The position numbers were made by a program, and so were the translations under genes. The notes under the pieces are model-generated. The model worked only from the letters and a program-made list of their open reading frames with translations, made no database searches and was not told the DNA's origin. DNA of 63,061 bases, counting the filler, from Hyphochytrium catenoides (taxonomy: Eukaryota > Protista > Hyphochytriomycota), in assembly GCA_900088475.1 (NCBI GenBank). It is 7 parts of 7 records of this genome, joined end to end, with 100 filler letters (N's around TTAATTAATTAA, not from the genome) between each part and the next. Parts side by side here need not be neighbours in the genome. Positions count along the whole stretch, not along the records: positions 1 to 28,075 come from FLMG01000319.1; positions 28,176 to 48,158 come from FLMG01001970.1; 5 more parts are not named here. One strand, written 5' to 3'. Shown piece after piece: positions 21,627-35,605 of this stretch (position 1 is its first letter; each line of letters starts with the position of its first letter).

Positions 21627-24600
21627 ACCTCTTTATGGTGAGTCTCTCACTAGTCAGAGGTTGTTGCTTATGAGGGACCGCCACGAGGGGCTCCCCTCGA
21701 GTAGGTGCACTCCCAGACTAGTTAATGGTGGCTGTTACGCTGAGCACGCTCCCCGTCGACGCCAAGAAGTTGACAAACACAGATTCCCTTTCGAGGATGA
21801 ATGTCTGGATAGATGGAAGGAGGGCACCTGACCAGCTGCTATCCTATAATCTCTACGTCAAAGGCCAATATCTGTCGTAGAGGGTTGATATGAGCAAAGA
21901 TGACGACGCCGGACGTAAAGAAATGGCCAAAGTGTGGAGTGGACTCTTAGATGATGACGCTGGCAGCGGCCAGAACAGTGAGGAAGAAGTGTTCGGAAGG
22001 AAGGGATCGAGAAATAAATGAGAAGTAGCAAGCGTCTGGGAGAAGACTGTGCAGAGCTGAGATGACTCTACAGGTTCGGCATGTCCAAAGGAAAAGAGAA
22101 ACTGGACTCTCTTCAATTTCTCCCTTTATCTTCGTAGTTAGGACAGTGAGCTTTAGTATCAGACAGCGCATGGGCTATCCGACAGAAAGCTATCTCACAG
22201 AGGGAACTCATGCATGATGCTTTCGTTACGAGAGTGTCTAGACCAAAAGGTGCCTGGAACTTAGTCTCTCTTGAGGTTGCAGCCTGCAGAACCTCCATGA
22301 TTAACCATCAAAAGCATAGAACAAGTACTAGTGAAGGCTCAGTGTCCGTTATTCTCCTAGACCAAATCATAGCACTAGTAGGTCATAGGGAGCAATGCTC
22401 TCCCCATCAGGCTATCTTGACTACAAGTAGAACGTTGACCAACGTGGTCACCTAGAGGTAGGACAGGCAAGAAAGAATGGAAAGAAAGATCCTGTCTATG
22501 CATTTCAAGTGTCAAGGGATCCTCTTGCTTGAGCTCTTCTATCTCTTGCTTCCCTCTCACTTGTCATTCCTTCGATCTTGCTTCCTCCTCCTCCTACTGC
22601 ACCGTAGTCCCAAGGAAGCTGTACGTGTGTATGTGAGACTCCCCACCCGAAATGTTTATGCGCTGCTGGGCTGATGAGCTGGTCGTCGTTGCTGTCGTCT
22701 GCCTCCTCTATCCTATCCTAAGCACTTGCTACACAAATAACTTCTACCGCCATAGAAGTATTGGAGGCTTTGACATACAGCAAAGCTTTTTTTACCTTCC
22801 AAGACCACACAGCTTGGAACTGCAGCCCTTAACAACACTGGCCACTGCACCAGGAGCTACATTTGAGTGCCTCGCTCTGCTGGACGGAGCGACAAGCCAT
22901 TGAAAGTATTGGCCAGATACGACGTTGGCCCCTGTGTCTACCCATTAGAAATGGAAAGTCTGGGGCTCACGTCGTACATGTGGGGCCAGTTACATGCAGT
23001 CGATGACTGAGACGAAGCAAGAGTGACAGTAGGGCTTAGAACGACCACTCTCTACTAGTAGCTCTACTAGTACTAGGACTTCGAAAGGGACGTTATCTTC
23101 ATTTTTGCACGCAAGGGTTCCTCAGCCGATGTGTACCACTACACTGCATTCTTCGTTAGGCCAGCCTCACACCTAGGGAGCGACACCAGAGCTGTAGGAG
23201 GCCACTGGCAGGTAGAACCACTTATTCTTCGTGCTTAGGTAGATAAAATCAATCGAAACTCATAACAGCAGCGGTCAGGGGGCAAAGTACATGATCTGTT
23301 GGTCTGCAGTGCGCCCATCGCACCGCGTGTTCGATAGACAGGGTCAAAAAATTTTGGGGCGTTCGGAGGTATCCGGAGCAGGCGACCAGGTGGCGAGTGG
23401 AAATTCCAGGAGTTGTCATCAGAGCCAAAGGAAGGCAACAGGAGAGAGCAGACCCAACCGCCCCCACCAGCCGCTGTCTCATGTCTTATCCTCGTTGATC
23501 TGTTGATCTACTGGTCCTAAGAGTACTCGTCCAGGTAGAACAGTACTATAATAAACGGCAGTACCGGTACTACTGTTTTACACGTTTACTGAAGGTGTAA
23601 TGCACCAGCAGTAGTGGTACCCGTGCTCTTCTTTCTCTTTGTTATCAGTAGCTACGGTACGGGCATTGACAGCAAACAGGGGAAAAGTATGATGAGTGCA
23701 GGAAGCGCTGACCTTACTACCACTCGGGATGTACAAGCACCATCACAGAAGCCACTATCTCTCGCGGCAGCATGAGATGCTGTGAGGATCGGCACTGTTA
23801 CTGACAATAAACGTACAGCTAGAAGTACATGTACGTGTGCTTGAAGTAGCTCTGATCGTTCCTAACTCTCTGCACTGCCCGGGCTACTGGCTCCAGCCTT
23901 CTCCAGGCTCCCCATCACGTCGTAGAGCCTTTCACTAGTGAAATTTATCAGAGCAGTGTATAGTTCAAGCAGCGTCGTAACAGTAGGGCTCTGGACTCTG
24001 TCGTGGCGTCTGCCCCCATGCAGTAAACTGATAACAACTAACAGGACCCCACAGGACGGAGCAAAATGCGGCAGTGATTGCAGCTTCATCTCCGTGTGTG
24101 CAGCCACAATCCTTCGTACCTGAAACTCTAGTTGTCCGCTCCTCCTGCATCAGTGTACCTGCGATGCTGGCTGACGTAGCACCAGCAGAAGGTTTGTTGG
24201 AAGAGGGTAGTAGGTGATACTAGGAGAGATCCCACTTCCAAGATTAATGAATGCTTGATGTGGGAGGTCCTCATCATGGACCGGGGTGCGACAGCGGGTG
24301 CTAAAAGGCTTTTAAGGTGCCTCATAGGCCTTGTACTAGGCCTACTATAGATATCAATAGCTCTGTTGTACAGCTGTACTCCGCTACTCCGGAGAGTCAA
24401 CTCGACTTGTTATCAATAAGTGGTAGGTTTAACCCAGTAATGGTAGTGCTTAGAGAAGAAGAAGTTTCACTCGTTTACTCGCCCGCGTGACTTGTGCAGC
24501 TTAGCAGCAGGGAGACAGAGGCCATAAAGACAGCAGATAAAGGCTGATGATGGCGTGACATATAACATAAACGTCACGCCTCCTTTCTATTGCCTACCTT

Positions 24601-25840
24601 CTGCCATTGTACAGCCAATCCAATCATTCTTGGTTCTCCCGCTCGCTTTAGGTTCATTGAATGAAGTACTGATCCCTGCGGAGGATCCACATGCGGATGA
24701 GCCTGAGGTCTTGCTCCGCTGAAAGTTAAAACTTAGACGGTACCCTTACCAGGAACAGGTGTACCAAAGTAGACGCAGGAGACTGACTAGTAAAGAATGA
24801 TGAAGTAAGCGGAAGTAGTAGTTGTTCCTTCTCGAAGAGGAAAGGAGTCGTCCGTGGTGCGCTGACAGAGGTATTAACTTTTGACAGTGCGTTCATGTTT
24901 GGCTTTGAATCTTCCTGGTTAGCGCATTCTATGGCTCGAATAGGATATGGCCAGAGATGAAGTGTGTCGTCAAGAATTCTTAATGGTTGATGCTTCTGAG
25001 GAACACAACCTTTAGGACATGTCTTTATGGAGTTGTTCTGTGGGCCAACAAGAAGGCAAATGATTGCTGCATTGAGCATGGATGGAAAGAAGAGGTCGGC
25101 GCGTCTGTCAATTCAACAACATTGATAAAGATCAGATATCACTTCTACCTTCGGCCTACAATGAGGTACCATCATGCTCGGTTGGCTGCTCGGATGTTCT
25201 CTTACTAGACGATGTCACCAGAGGTTACTACGCCGTACTACATGCAGGGGAGGTTACTATAGTCGTCACGAGGGTCCGCGACATCGTTCTACGCTATTGC
25301 TACCGTACATTGAGCTCAAAGATAGGACCGTCTACGCCACGCCCTTCAGTGTTCGTCGGTCATCTCTTCCCTTCAGCTCCGCTGTGCACTCATAATCATA
25401 AGAAGCACCAGGAAAGTACGGCGACAGAGCGCCACGAAGTTCTTACACAGGTTTCCATAATCACTCAGTACTCTGCGAAGTCAAGAGCGGCTGTCGTCAG
25501 GAGGCGGACAATCATCGTGAGGAACAAAAATTGTTCATCCTTAAGAAGAACAAGAAGAGAGGAAAGAGAAGAAGACGCAGTGACAGAGAAGAAGGAGAAA
25601 GGAGAAGTGGGAGAAGAAGGGAACTGTGAAGGGTGGAAGGCGGTGAGGACAGAAGGCGACCATCTGAATACGAGCGTATCGGCCCTTCCTCGTGCAGCGC
25701 CAAAGACACTTGTTTATAAATCAAGCGATGCAAGAAGAAGCTGCACCAGCGACGAATAGTAATTAGCAGTGAAGAATCTTAAGTCATAGGGTCGTTACGA
25801 CCTCTTCTTCTTTCTTCACTGAAAATCTTCAGCACTACTA

Positions 25841-26991
25841 TCACGAGATCGTTACTAGCTTCCAGGGAAGGTTCTGGAGGTTTCGATGCTTTCTGTAGGG
25901 TCCGGGCCCATCGGGACCTTTCTCATCGTCGTCCCTCTTCTCTTCGTCCTCAGGGTCATAGGTTTCCCGCAATGATCGGCCTTCGATTCTTATGCAAGCT
26001 TGCTTCCGCCTTGCACCGGACGACGACGAGCTATCCTCCCTCCTTTCCTTAAGAAGCGTCTCAATATCTCCCCGCAGCTTCACATTCTGATGTTTGAGCT
26101 CCTCGTTCTCTTCCCGCAACATTAGGAGATCTTGTTGCTGGTTCAGTTTGAGACTCTGAAGTTCAGTTTCCAGCTCTGCAACCTTATGCTTCAAGGCTTC
26201 ATTTTCTTTTTTCAGCCCTCTGTTTTCAGTCTTCCAAGCATTATGGCCCCGGGCTTCTTCCTCGAGCCCTTCCACAAGCTGTCGTAACCGGTCTACCTCG
26301 TCTTGCAACGCTTGAGTCACTACTGGCATACCGGACTCAACAGGAAGTATTGCCTCGTACCGCATAGTCTGGCTCCCTTGCTGCCTAGTAAAAAGGTGAA
26401 AAGTGATGATTTGCCCTCGTGTTGGTGGGGGTCCTTCGGCNNNNNNNNNNNNNNNNNNNNNNNNNNNNNNNNNNNNNNNNNNNNNNNNNNNNNNNNNNNN
26501 NNNNNNNTTGGAGCTGCCCCTGTGCTTTGAGAGGTGCCTTGCGATAACAGAGCCTGTTCAGTAAGCTCCGAGCCTTCCTGCTGTTGCTCCTGATCGTGGC
26601 GTGACGACGTTGAATGCTTTGCCCGCTTCTTTGAAGCCTTTGTTTTCGAGATGGTACTCTTTACGAAGTCCTTAAAAGCGTCTACTGATAGGTCATCATC
26701 GGAGCAGCGTATGATATCAAACGTCTTCTCCTTCACTCTTGTTTGCGCTTCCTGGAGAGCCTTTTTACTTTCTTTCGCCCCCTCTCGTAGCCTTTCCGTT
26801 TCTTCTAGGATGCTTCGAGCAAGCGTAGGGTAGAGGCACTTGAACTCGCACCATACATACACTGTCCCAAACCCCATCCGTTTGGCATCGTCGCCGGTGA
26901 TGTCTTCGCGAGGTGCCATCGTTCCCGGTGTGGAAGTTTGGTTCTTGTTCAGGAAGCAGTGAAAGGCAAAATGACCGTCTCCTCTCAGCAA
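25841..26991 (-). CDS. Coiled-coil protein of unknown function, interrupted by an N gap and possibly frameshifted
   Basis: Two co-oriented ORFs (223 and 174 aa) with heptad-rich segments such as LKKENEALKHKVAELETELQSLK. Confidence 0.5.
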
Positions 26992-28075
26992 CCAACAAAA
27001 GGAGTGAGCTGTCGTATTGCTTTAGCCAGAGGAGGCCCGAGGAGGGTAGGATGTGTTAAAGAAGGTCGAAGCCCCAAGAAGCTCAATCAGCATCCATCAT
27101 CACTGTCTCTCTCATCAGGGGACCTACCACTATCCTCAGGTGTGGGACAAAGAAAGACAGACAACATCAACAAAGACGCAGCATCCACCACAAGGACAAG
27201 GAAGATGATGATAAGGATCGAAAGGGCTCATTGTTCCCGCCCGCACCTGGACAAAAGTAAAAGCTGATGATGGGACTGCCACCACGGTCACTCGTCAACC
27301 ACTCCACTGATGATGAGAGATAATAATAGAGACAAGGTGGTGCTAACAATAACGGCCTTAGGTGGATTCCTGCTGCTGCCTCCTAATTAACACATAAAGA
27401 GCATACTCGTGCTACAATGAGAACTAAGCAAGATGATAAAGCAGAAAGAAGAAAGTAACCGACTCCACAATGAAGTGAAAGGCTGATGCTGATGAGCAAT
27501 GATGGATGATCACCACCCTTGTTGTTAGCATCCTGCTGCCTGCTGCCTCCTACTATCATCCATCACTTGATATTCTGATAACAACGTAACCATCCGTCAT
27601 TCAATCGTATCAAATCTGGTATTTGATAGATCGGATGACTGTCTGAGAGAGGGAAATCTCCTCTCTCTCTCAGTTTGTCTTTTTCCCTCTCTCAGTGACG
27701 ACTCCCGCCCTCCCACCGCTTTTGTCTTTGTCTTTCTTTTTCCCTTGGAAGCTTCCGAACTTATTGAAAACTGAAAAGGCGCAACGATATCGATTAGCGC
27801 CAAAAGAAACTACACACCACTGGGTTGGAGTTATTGAATGTTGTTTGAACATCAATTTTTAACAATAAATCAACAACGTTCAAAAGCAGACACTGTCTTC
27901 ATGATAATGTCCCTTATTGCAAATAAGTTCATCATCGCTCAACTCAATTCCGTCATTCTATTGTGTTGGTTCTGGCATCCAACACACACTCAGTTCTTCT
28001 TTTCCCTCTCTCGGAGTACTTTCGCCCGAGAGAAGTCGGCAAGAGCTCCAACCGAAGCATCTGAGCCAGGTTGAG

Positions 28076-28175
28076 NNNNNNNNNNNNNNNNNNNNNNNNN
28101 NNNNNNNNNNNNNNNNNNNTTAATTAATTAANNNNNNNNNNNNNNNNNNNNNNNNNNNNNNNNNNNNNNNNNNNN
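28076..28175. other. Artificial contig spacer; also at 48159-48258, 50537-50636, 58613-58712, 60080-60179 and 61772-61871
   Basis: Identical 44N-TTAATTAATTAA-44N blocks carrying six-frame stops; genes are cut at these junctions. Confidence 0.97.
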
Positions 28176-28176
28176 T

Positions 28177-28207
<31 letters not shown>

Positions 28208-28611
28208 TCCTCTCTCTCCGTCGCTAGTCCTCTATTCCTTCTCTCTCGGCTCTTTTTCTCTCTCTCCTCGATCATTTTGATCACTCTTTTCTTTCTTTCC
28301 GACTTCTTTGTTTGCTTCTTATCGCTTGCACTCCCTTTTCAACTCTTATTAGTCTTATCTCCCTATGTCTATCGCTTAAAGTGTCTTCCGTGGGTCTCTA
28401 CTCTCTACTCTCTCTCTATCTCTCTCTCTCTCTCTCTCTCTCCCTCTTTTTCTCTCTCTATCCCTCTTTCCCCCTCTCTTTCCCCTCCTTCGCCCTACGG
28501 CTCTTTCTCCCTCTCTTTTTCCGTCGTCCGACGCGGCCTCTCTCTCCCTTGTTTACATATCTAACCTAATGTGCCCACGCTTTCTCCTTTCTACGGCTTC
28601 CACGCTATTAG

Positions 28612-29052
28612 ACGCCCTTCAGCGACAAGCCTTGTCAGTTCCATCAGTGGCCTGAGCTCAATCGGAGAGAGAGAGAGAGGGAGAGGACGCCCGGACGAGG
28701 GAGAGAGAAAGCTTGCGTCGCAGTGGTTCGAGCAAGGGCTCCAGTGCAGTCAGAGTGGCCAACACGCCAGAGCTAAGGAACTTTTCGAAAAGTGTGCGCA
28801 GCAGGTTCCTGGTCTCTCTTTCTCTCTCCAACTTCCTGTCTCTCTATTGTCTCCCTTGTTTGGTCTTCCTCTTATCTTGGTTCTTGGTTCTTGTGCCGCC
28901 TCATCCTGTCACTCCTTCTCTCTCTTTCTCTTTCCTTATCTCTTCTTGGCATGGGTTCTCTCTTTCCCCTCAAGCTGCCCTCTCTCTCTCGAGTGTCTCT
29001 TATTTCTTATCTCTTTCCCCTGGTAACATGTTCTCTTTTCCTTCCCCCTCTG

Positions 29053-29084
<32 letters not shown>

Positions 29085-29988
29085 GCACTGGGTCCATTTC
29101 CATTTCTCTTTCTTTCCATTTTGGCGCGGTTTCTCTGTCTAACGTTGGAGCTCCTGTAGGGACATCGTGGCGCTATGTACAGCCTGGGCGCTATGTATGA
29201 GAAGGGCTTGGGAGTGACGAAGGATGACCAAAAAGTAAAACGCTCGTCACTTTTATCTCTCGTTGTCCTTTATTTCTCGCTCGCTCTCCCTGTCGCTTTC
29301 TCTCTCTCCTTCTCTGTGTCTCTTCCTCTCACTTCCTCTCTCTTGTGCTTACTCTCGTCTCTGTCTCTCTCTCCCTATCGCTCACTCGCTCTTTCCTGTT
29401 TCCTTCTCTCTTCCTATTTCTTCCTCTCTCCCTCGTTCAACGTGCTAGGAGTCTCACTATTCTCTCATAAGCCTTCTCTGTCTTTTCCTTCATAAATGCG
29501 TCTCTCTCTTATAACAATCATCTCTCACTAGACACACATTTGTCTCTCTCTATTCTTACCCCTTTCTGTTTCCGTCTCTGTCTCTGTCTCTGTCTCTCTC
29601 TGTCTCTCTCTCCCTCTCTCTGTCTCTCTCTCCCTCTCGCTCTCTCTCTCTCCCATCCCCCCCTCTCTCTCTCTCTCTCCCTTTCCCTCTCTCTCTCTCT
29701 CAGGCCCTGGGCTGGTTCAAACAATCAGGAAAGTTAGGTGACCCACAGGCTTTATATTGCCTAGGAATGCACTATCATCACGGACTAGGTCGACGTCACA
29801 ACCCTCTCTCTCTCGCACTCGATCGCACTTCCACTCTATATTTCCCCTTCTCTCTTACCCTTCATCAATCTCGGCGTCTATGTCTCATTTCTCTACATTC
29901 TCTCCTGGTGAGCTTGCGCCGGCCTCTTCTTTTGCTGTTCATCTCTCTTTCTCTTTCTTTCTTTCTTTTTCTCTCTTCTCTCTCTCTT

Positions 29989-30060
<72 letters not shown>

Positions 30061-31551
30061 CGAATGTGCTTGTGTGGAGACACGCACACACACGATGTCA
30101 TGTTCACTCCCTCCTTCGCATTTTCACCTCTCTCTCCTTCTGTGCCTATCAAACAGTCTCTCTTTCTCTCCTGCTGATCACTGAATCCTCACACTTATTC
30201 AATCGACGAACGTCTTCTCTCTTAGGGACTGAACGTAACATTGACAAAGCGTTAAAGTACCTGCACCAAGCGGCTCGCAGGGTGAGAAAGGCGTCGTAGC
30301 ATTGTAACATCTTCAGATCAATCTCTCTCCGTCTCTTCTCTCTCCTTACTTTCTTATCTGTGATTGGAGGCTCTCTCTATCATTGTGTTTCTTTGCCTTC
30401 TCTCTCTCTCTCTCTCTCCCCTTGATGCTCTTGCCCTCTTGTCGAATTAGTCTCTCTCTCTCCGTTTCTCTTTTCTTGGCATTTTTTCTCTCTTCTCTTT
30501 CTGACTTCTCTCTGACATCCCTCCCAATCTTTCTTAATGTTCTTCCGTCAGGGCCACGCAAAGGCGATGTATAACCTCGGCGTCATCTATAAGAGCACAG
30601 AAGAAGTCAAGGATCTTGCCTTGGCTCTTGAGTTCTTTAGGTGAGAAGCAGAGGCGACTAAAGAGAACGGAGCAGCTCAAGAAAGGCAGCGACAGATGCT
30701 CCACAAGACCGACAAACGGGAGAGAGAGGGAGAGAGAGAAGGAGAGAGACATCGGGTTGGTTGTTTCTAATCTTCTCCTTTTGCTCTCAGTAAAGCGGCA
30801 GAAGCAGGAGAGGCGAAGGCGATGACCAACCTTGGCGTTATGTATGAAGAGGGAATAGGAGTAGCTCCCAACCCTAAGAGGGTAAGCGACAAGGGAAGAG
30901 AACGAGAGAGAGAGAGAGACGGACGGAGAGAGATAGTTTGTGCAAAGCCCCTCCCACACTCGCTCTCTCTCCTTCGTACACAGGCTAGAGAGCTCTATGA
31001 AAGAGCAGCCAAGGCAGGAGACCCAGTCGCAGGATTCAACCTCAGCAATGTCTATAAGTTTGGCAGAGGAGTAGAGAGAGACGAGGTATCTTCTCCCCTT
31101 GGACTACTCCGCTCTTTCTCTCGCTCTCGTTTGTCAGTCTTGCGGTGCATCTCTCCCTCTCTTTCTCTCCCTCTTTCTCTTGTCCAGAGGTAATGACTTC
31201 GTGTTACCTATGAATTGACGTCAATCGCTCCTTCTAGAGAAAAGCAGAACAATATTTGCAGATGGCGGCGGAGAAAGACATGCCTAAGGCTATCTATAAT
31301 CTAGGCATGAAGAAGCTGAGGTCCGTCTTTCTTTCTCCTTCAGTCTCCCCTCTTCTTTCATTTTGTCTCTCTCTCTCCTTTTCTTTCTCTCCTCAACTTG
31401 TGCTGAACAACGGACGGACGTAGAGAGTGCAAGGAAGAGGATGTAGAGGCTAAACAGGAGGCTCTTAACCTGTTGCGGAAAGCAGCAGATTCAGGTTTAC
31501 TTTCTATCTTCCTTACTCTTCCTCTAAATCTCTGTCTCTTCCCGCGCTCCT

Positions 31552-31590
<39 letters not shown>

Positions 31591-31901
31591 NNNNNNNNNN
31601 NNNNNNNNNNNNNNACAGAAATGAGGCGCGAATGAGGCTGAAGGTGCCAACAGAGATGGCTAAACAGCGAGCGGCAGCCGCCGCAGAGAGAAGAAAGAAA
31701 CAACAGCAAGAGGCAGGCGGAAGAGGGAAGACAGTTCCTCCTGCTTTTCTCTCTTCTACGTCTTCTCTCTCTCAAATATCCTCCTCAGAAAGCACCGCCG
31801 GCCTTGTCGTGGATTCTAGCCTAGCCAGCGCGAGATCAAAGCAGTCAGAGATCTCATTATCCTCGATCCGTCAGCAGCAGGAGTACGGCCTTGAGGACTA
31901 A
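28612..31901 (+). CDS. Sel1-repeat (SLR) protein, at least 10 exons, 5'-truncated
   Basis: GT-AG exons encode GHRGAMYSLGAMYEKGLGVTKDDQK / ALGWFKQSGKLGDPQALYCLGMHYHHGL / GTERNIDKALKYLHQAARR / GHAKAMYNLGVIY / AAEAGEAKAMTNLGVMYEEGIGV / ARELYERAAKAGDPVAGFNLSNVYKFGRGV. Confidence 0.92.
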
Positions 31902-32379
31902 GAAACCTGAGAGAGAGACAGAAAGAGAGAGAGGGGAGAGAGAAAGAAGACAATTAAAGAAGCGGCAGAAACAGAAAAGAAAGAAGAAAGACTCTGAACG
32001 AGGAGAGTAAAAGCGCTACCTGCTATTTATTTATATACCGTTGACCTTAGGCCTTCTGAGAAGGCCCTCCAACTTCTCCCGCACTTGTTCCACCTCTCGT
32101 TGTCCTGCTAAGGTCAATTTCTGCCATTGAGGAGAGCTCTTTCTCTTCTCTAAAAGCAGAGGCAATCTCAGCGTTAGCTTATCTTCTGTTACTTCAGCCC
32201 TTCCTTATCTCGAGGGAGATGGATGGTTATTTTTCTTCGATCTTCCCAGCTTCCATCCAGGTCTTCAACTCTTGGAAGAGAGAGAGACAGAGAGAGAGAG
32301 TAGGAGGACGAAAGAGGACCACTGTCAAAAGGACAGCTGACACCATTTGCAAGATCTCTCTCCTTATCCCAAGTTGTGT

Positions 32380-35300
32380 CTATCGTTGTCTTCCCGCCGA
32401 AAATTTCTTCACATTCTCTAATTCTGGAGGGACTCTCTGGTTGCTTTCTCTTAGAAGTCTCTTCAGCTGCGGGGCAATCTTGCAAGAGAGAGACAGGAAA
32501 GTGGTTGCTGTTCCTCCTTTTCCTGCTCTTCCTGTTCGTCCACAGCGATGGATGTAATCCTCTATCGTGTGTGGCGTGTCATAGAGGATGACATGAGGAA
32601 CGTCCGGCAGATCTGCGCCAAGGCAGAGAGAGATAGCAGGAGTAAGACAAGGGTACCAGCAGCTGGAGAAGGCAAACGATGTCTAGGCTAAAACGAAGCT
32701 AGGTTATCCCGTTCTCTCTTTCTCTCTCTGTTCCTTCTTCCCATTGTCTCACGCCTCTACTTTCTACTACTCTCACCTATTCCCCTCGCCATTACGTCAG
32801 TGGCCAGCAGAACGTCGACACCTCCTTCTCTCATCAGCTGCAGCACCGCGAAGCGGAACGGTTGTGGCTTTAGAGAGTGAATGGCCGCCGCATGGAACTG
32901 CTCCGAACGAAGGAGGAGCAGGAGAGAATCGCAGGTCTGGGTGGAGTTGCAAAAGACTAGCACTGTGGCGCGTGGGGGAGAGAGAGAGAAACACATGCAG
33001 GGGAACAGATTTAGAAAGGGAGACAGTGAAAGTTTCTTTTAGATCAAGTAGACGTGCAACGCTGAAAAGTAAGAAGAGCCAACAGGAAAGAGCTTCCACG
33101 GAAAGAAAAGGAGAATAACTGGGGACGGGAGCAAGACAGAAGAGAGAGAGAGAGAACAAAGGAGGAAGAGAGGGAGAGAGAGAGCGAGAATGACTGAGGA
33201 AAGAGAGAGAAATAACATTGACCAGAAAAAGAATGAGAGGCAGAACTAAAGCGTTGCGGTGCAAGGGAAGAAAAGAGACGTACCCGGAGGCTGTTCAATA
33301 GTCCTCAAGACCTCCAAAAGCTTCATCCTTTTACTTTCGTGTGGGACAAAGAGAACATCCTGAGTGATGGAAGGAGGAATGCTTCCTGATCCTCTTTCTC
33401 TTCTCTCTTCTCCCATAGAGACTCTAACAGTTACAGGGTCTAAAACTGCAGACCGTACTAGGCGCTCAAGAGAGAGAGGGAGAGAGGCAGAGAAGAGAAG
33501 CGTCTGGCGACCCACTGGTTTGCAGCAACCTAAGATAACGCGGAGCTGCTGTTCCATGCCTGGGACGGAAAAGTGATTAGATGAGGACGGGAAGAGGCGG
33601 TAGAGAGAGAGAGAGAGAGACAGGGGCAGAGAGAGAGAGAGAGAGATAAAGAAAAGAAGAAAGCCACGAATCGACTTTGTTGCGAGATAGAGGGATAGGG
33701 AAAGATGGAGCAAACGAGTTAGAAAAAAAGAGAGACAGAGAAGGAGATATTGGGAGACGGAAACAATGGAAGAGAGAGAAGAAGTGAGGGGGGGACAGGA
33801 GGCAAGGAGGATGAAGGAGGTGAACTCACCTAGATCCAGCATCCTGTCTGCTTCATCCAGCACGAGGTATCGTAAGGCGCCTAGGTCCGCCTCTCTCTTG
33901 GCTAAGAGATCAAGAAGACGACCGGGAGTGGAGAGAAGAAGGTCTACGCCCGCACGCAGTGATGCCGCCTGACGGTGGTGGGAGACACCGCCATAAAGAG
34001 AGAGGAGGGTTAGGGCCCCTGCAGAGTAAACAGACGAGAGACAGCAGAGAGAGAGAGAGAGAGAAAGGAGCGGAAGGGTGTTAGGTGTGATCGTCCATTT
34101 CCTTCCTCTCTCTGCTCTCTCTCCTAATCTCTGCATTTATCACTTCTTCCTGTCGTACACTCTTTTCGATATATTTGGAGGCGAATCTAAGCACCAATAC
34201 TCTTCCTCTATTACGCTTCTCTCTGACGCTTGCATTCTCTCTTTCTCTCTCTCTCTCTCTCTCGTACCTGCTATCGCCTCTTCATCCCTCTTGTTCTACA
34301 CACACTCTCTCTTCACTGACCGCCATCCGCCATCTCTCTCTTTGTTCATGTGCTTGTTCTCTCCATGGCGCCCTTTCTCTTCAGTTTCTCTCATCTTCTA
34401 AGTGTGACAGGAACCTTAAGCTTACCGGCTGTATATGAAGAGTCTTCTTCGGTGAAGCTCGGAAGAGAAGGAGAGACGTGTCCTCTCTCTCCTGCTGCAG
34501 CGGCCATGAGCCTTGCTGTTAGTACGGAGATCTGCTGCACCAGCTCCCTCGTCGGTGCGACAATGAGAGAGAGAGGAAGTCTTTGCTGGCTCTCTCTTTC
34601 TCTCTCTTCTCTCCGAAGCCCGGAAGAGAGCAAAGAGAAGAGAGGGAGAAGATAAGCAAAGGTCTTCCCGCTTCCTGTCGGCGCTAGACCGACAAGCTGA
34701 CCAGAGCGAGAGAGACAGAGTGAAGAAGAGAGAAGACTTAGATCAGAGCCGACAAGGGAGAAAGGAGAAATGGCGCAAGAATGAGAGGTCATGAGTGAGA
34801 AAGAGAGATGGAAATTGAGGAGAAAGAGAATGAGAAGTTAACAATATCTGCGTGAAGAGACAGACTTTGACAGATACACAGAGAAAGAGATGGGAAGAGA
34901 ATGAGAGAACGGATGATCGCGCCAGGGCGTACGGAAGAGAGTTCGAGGGACGGAGAGCTTGAAGAGTGAGAGAGCGAGAGAGAAAGGGAAGGAGATACAG
35001 AGAGAGAGAGAAGAAAAAGAAGAGGGTTGAGAAAGACGGAGGTAGAGAAGGAGAGAGAGAGATGAAGAAGAGAGAGAGAGACTGAATACGAACGAGAAAG
35101 AGAAGAAGCAGCCCGCTTCGACCAAGCAGCTAATGGAGAGAAAGGAGGACTCAGAAGGCGGGAACTGTCTTGGAGAGTGAAGAAAAAGAGAGAGAGGCGG
35201 CGTACATCTCTGCCCCGGAGGATGCAGGGTAAGGCTTGCATTTGTATGGGCGTTGGCTCCCGTACCGACTCAGACTGCAGGAACCTAAGAGAGAGAGAGG

Positions 35301-35557
35301 GGATAGCCATGTGAGAAAGCTCAACAACTGGGCAGTAGGAGGGACGGGGGAGAGAAAGGGAGGGAGAGAGATTGAACGAGAGAGAGAGAGAGAGATTGAT
35401 AAAGAGAGAGAGAGAGAGAGAAAGAAGAGAGAGGCACTTGGGATGGAGGATTCGCAGCGAATGACAGAAGAGCAGTACTAAAATAGTTCGCTCTCTATTC
35501 TGCTTCATCTGCGCTCAATCTCAACTTTTCGTTCTTATTCCTCTCTTTCTCTCTCTC

Positions 35558-35605
<48 letters not shown>

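Noticed and set aside
25040-25100. MIAALSMDG resembling an IS630/Tc1 transposase motif
   Set aside because: No flanking DDE motifs or terminal inverted repeats were found.
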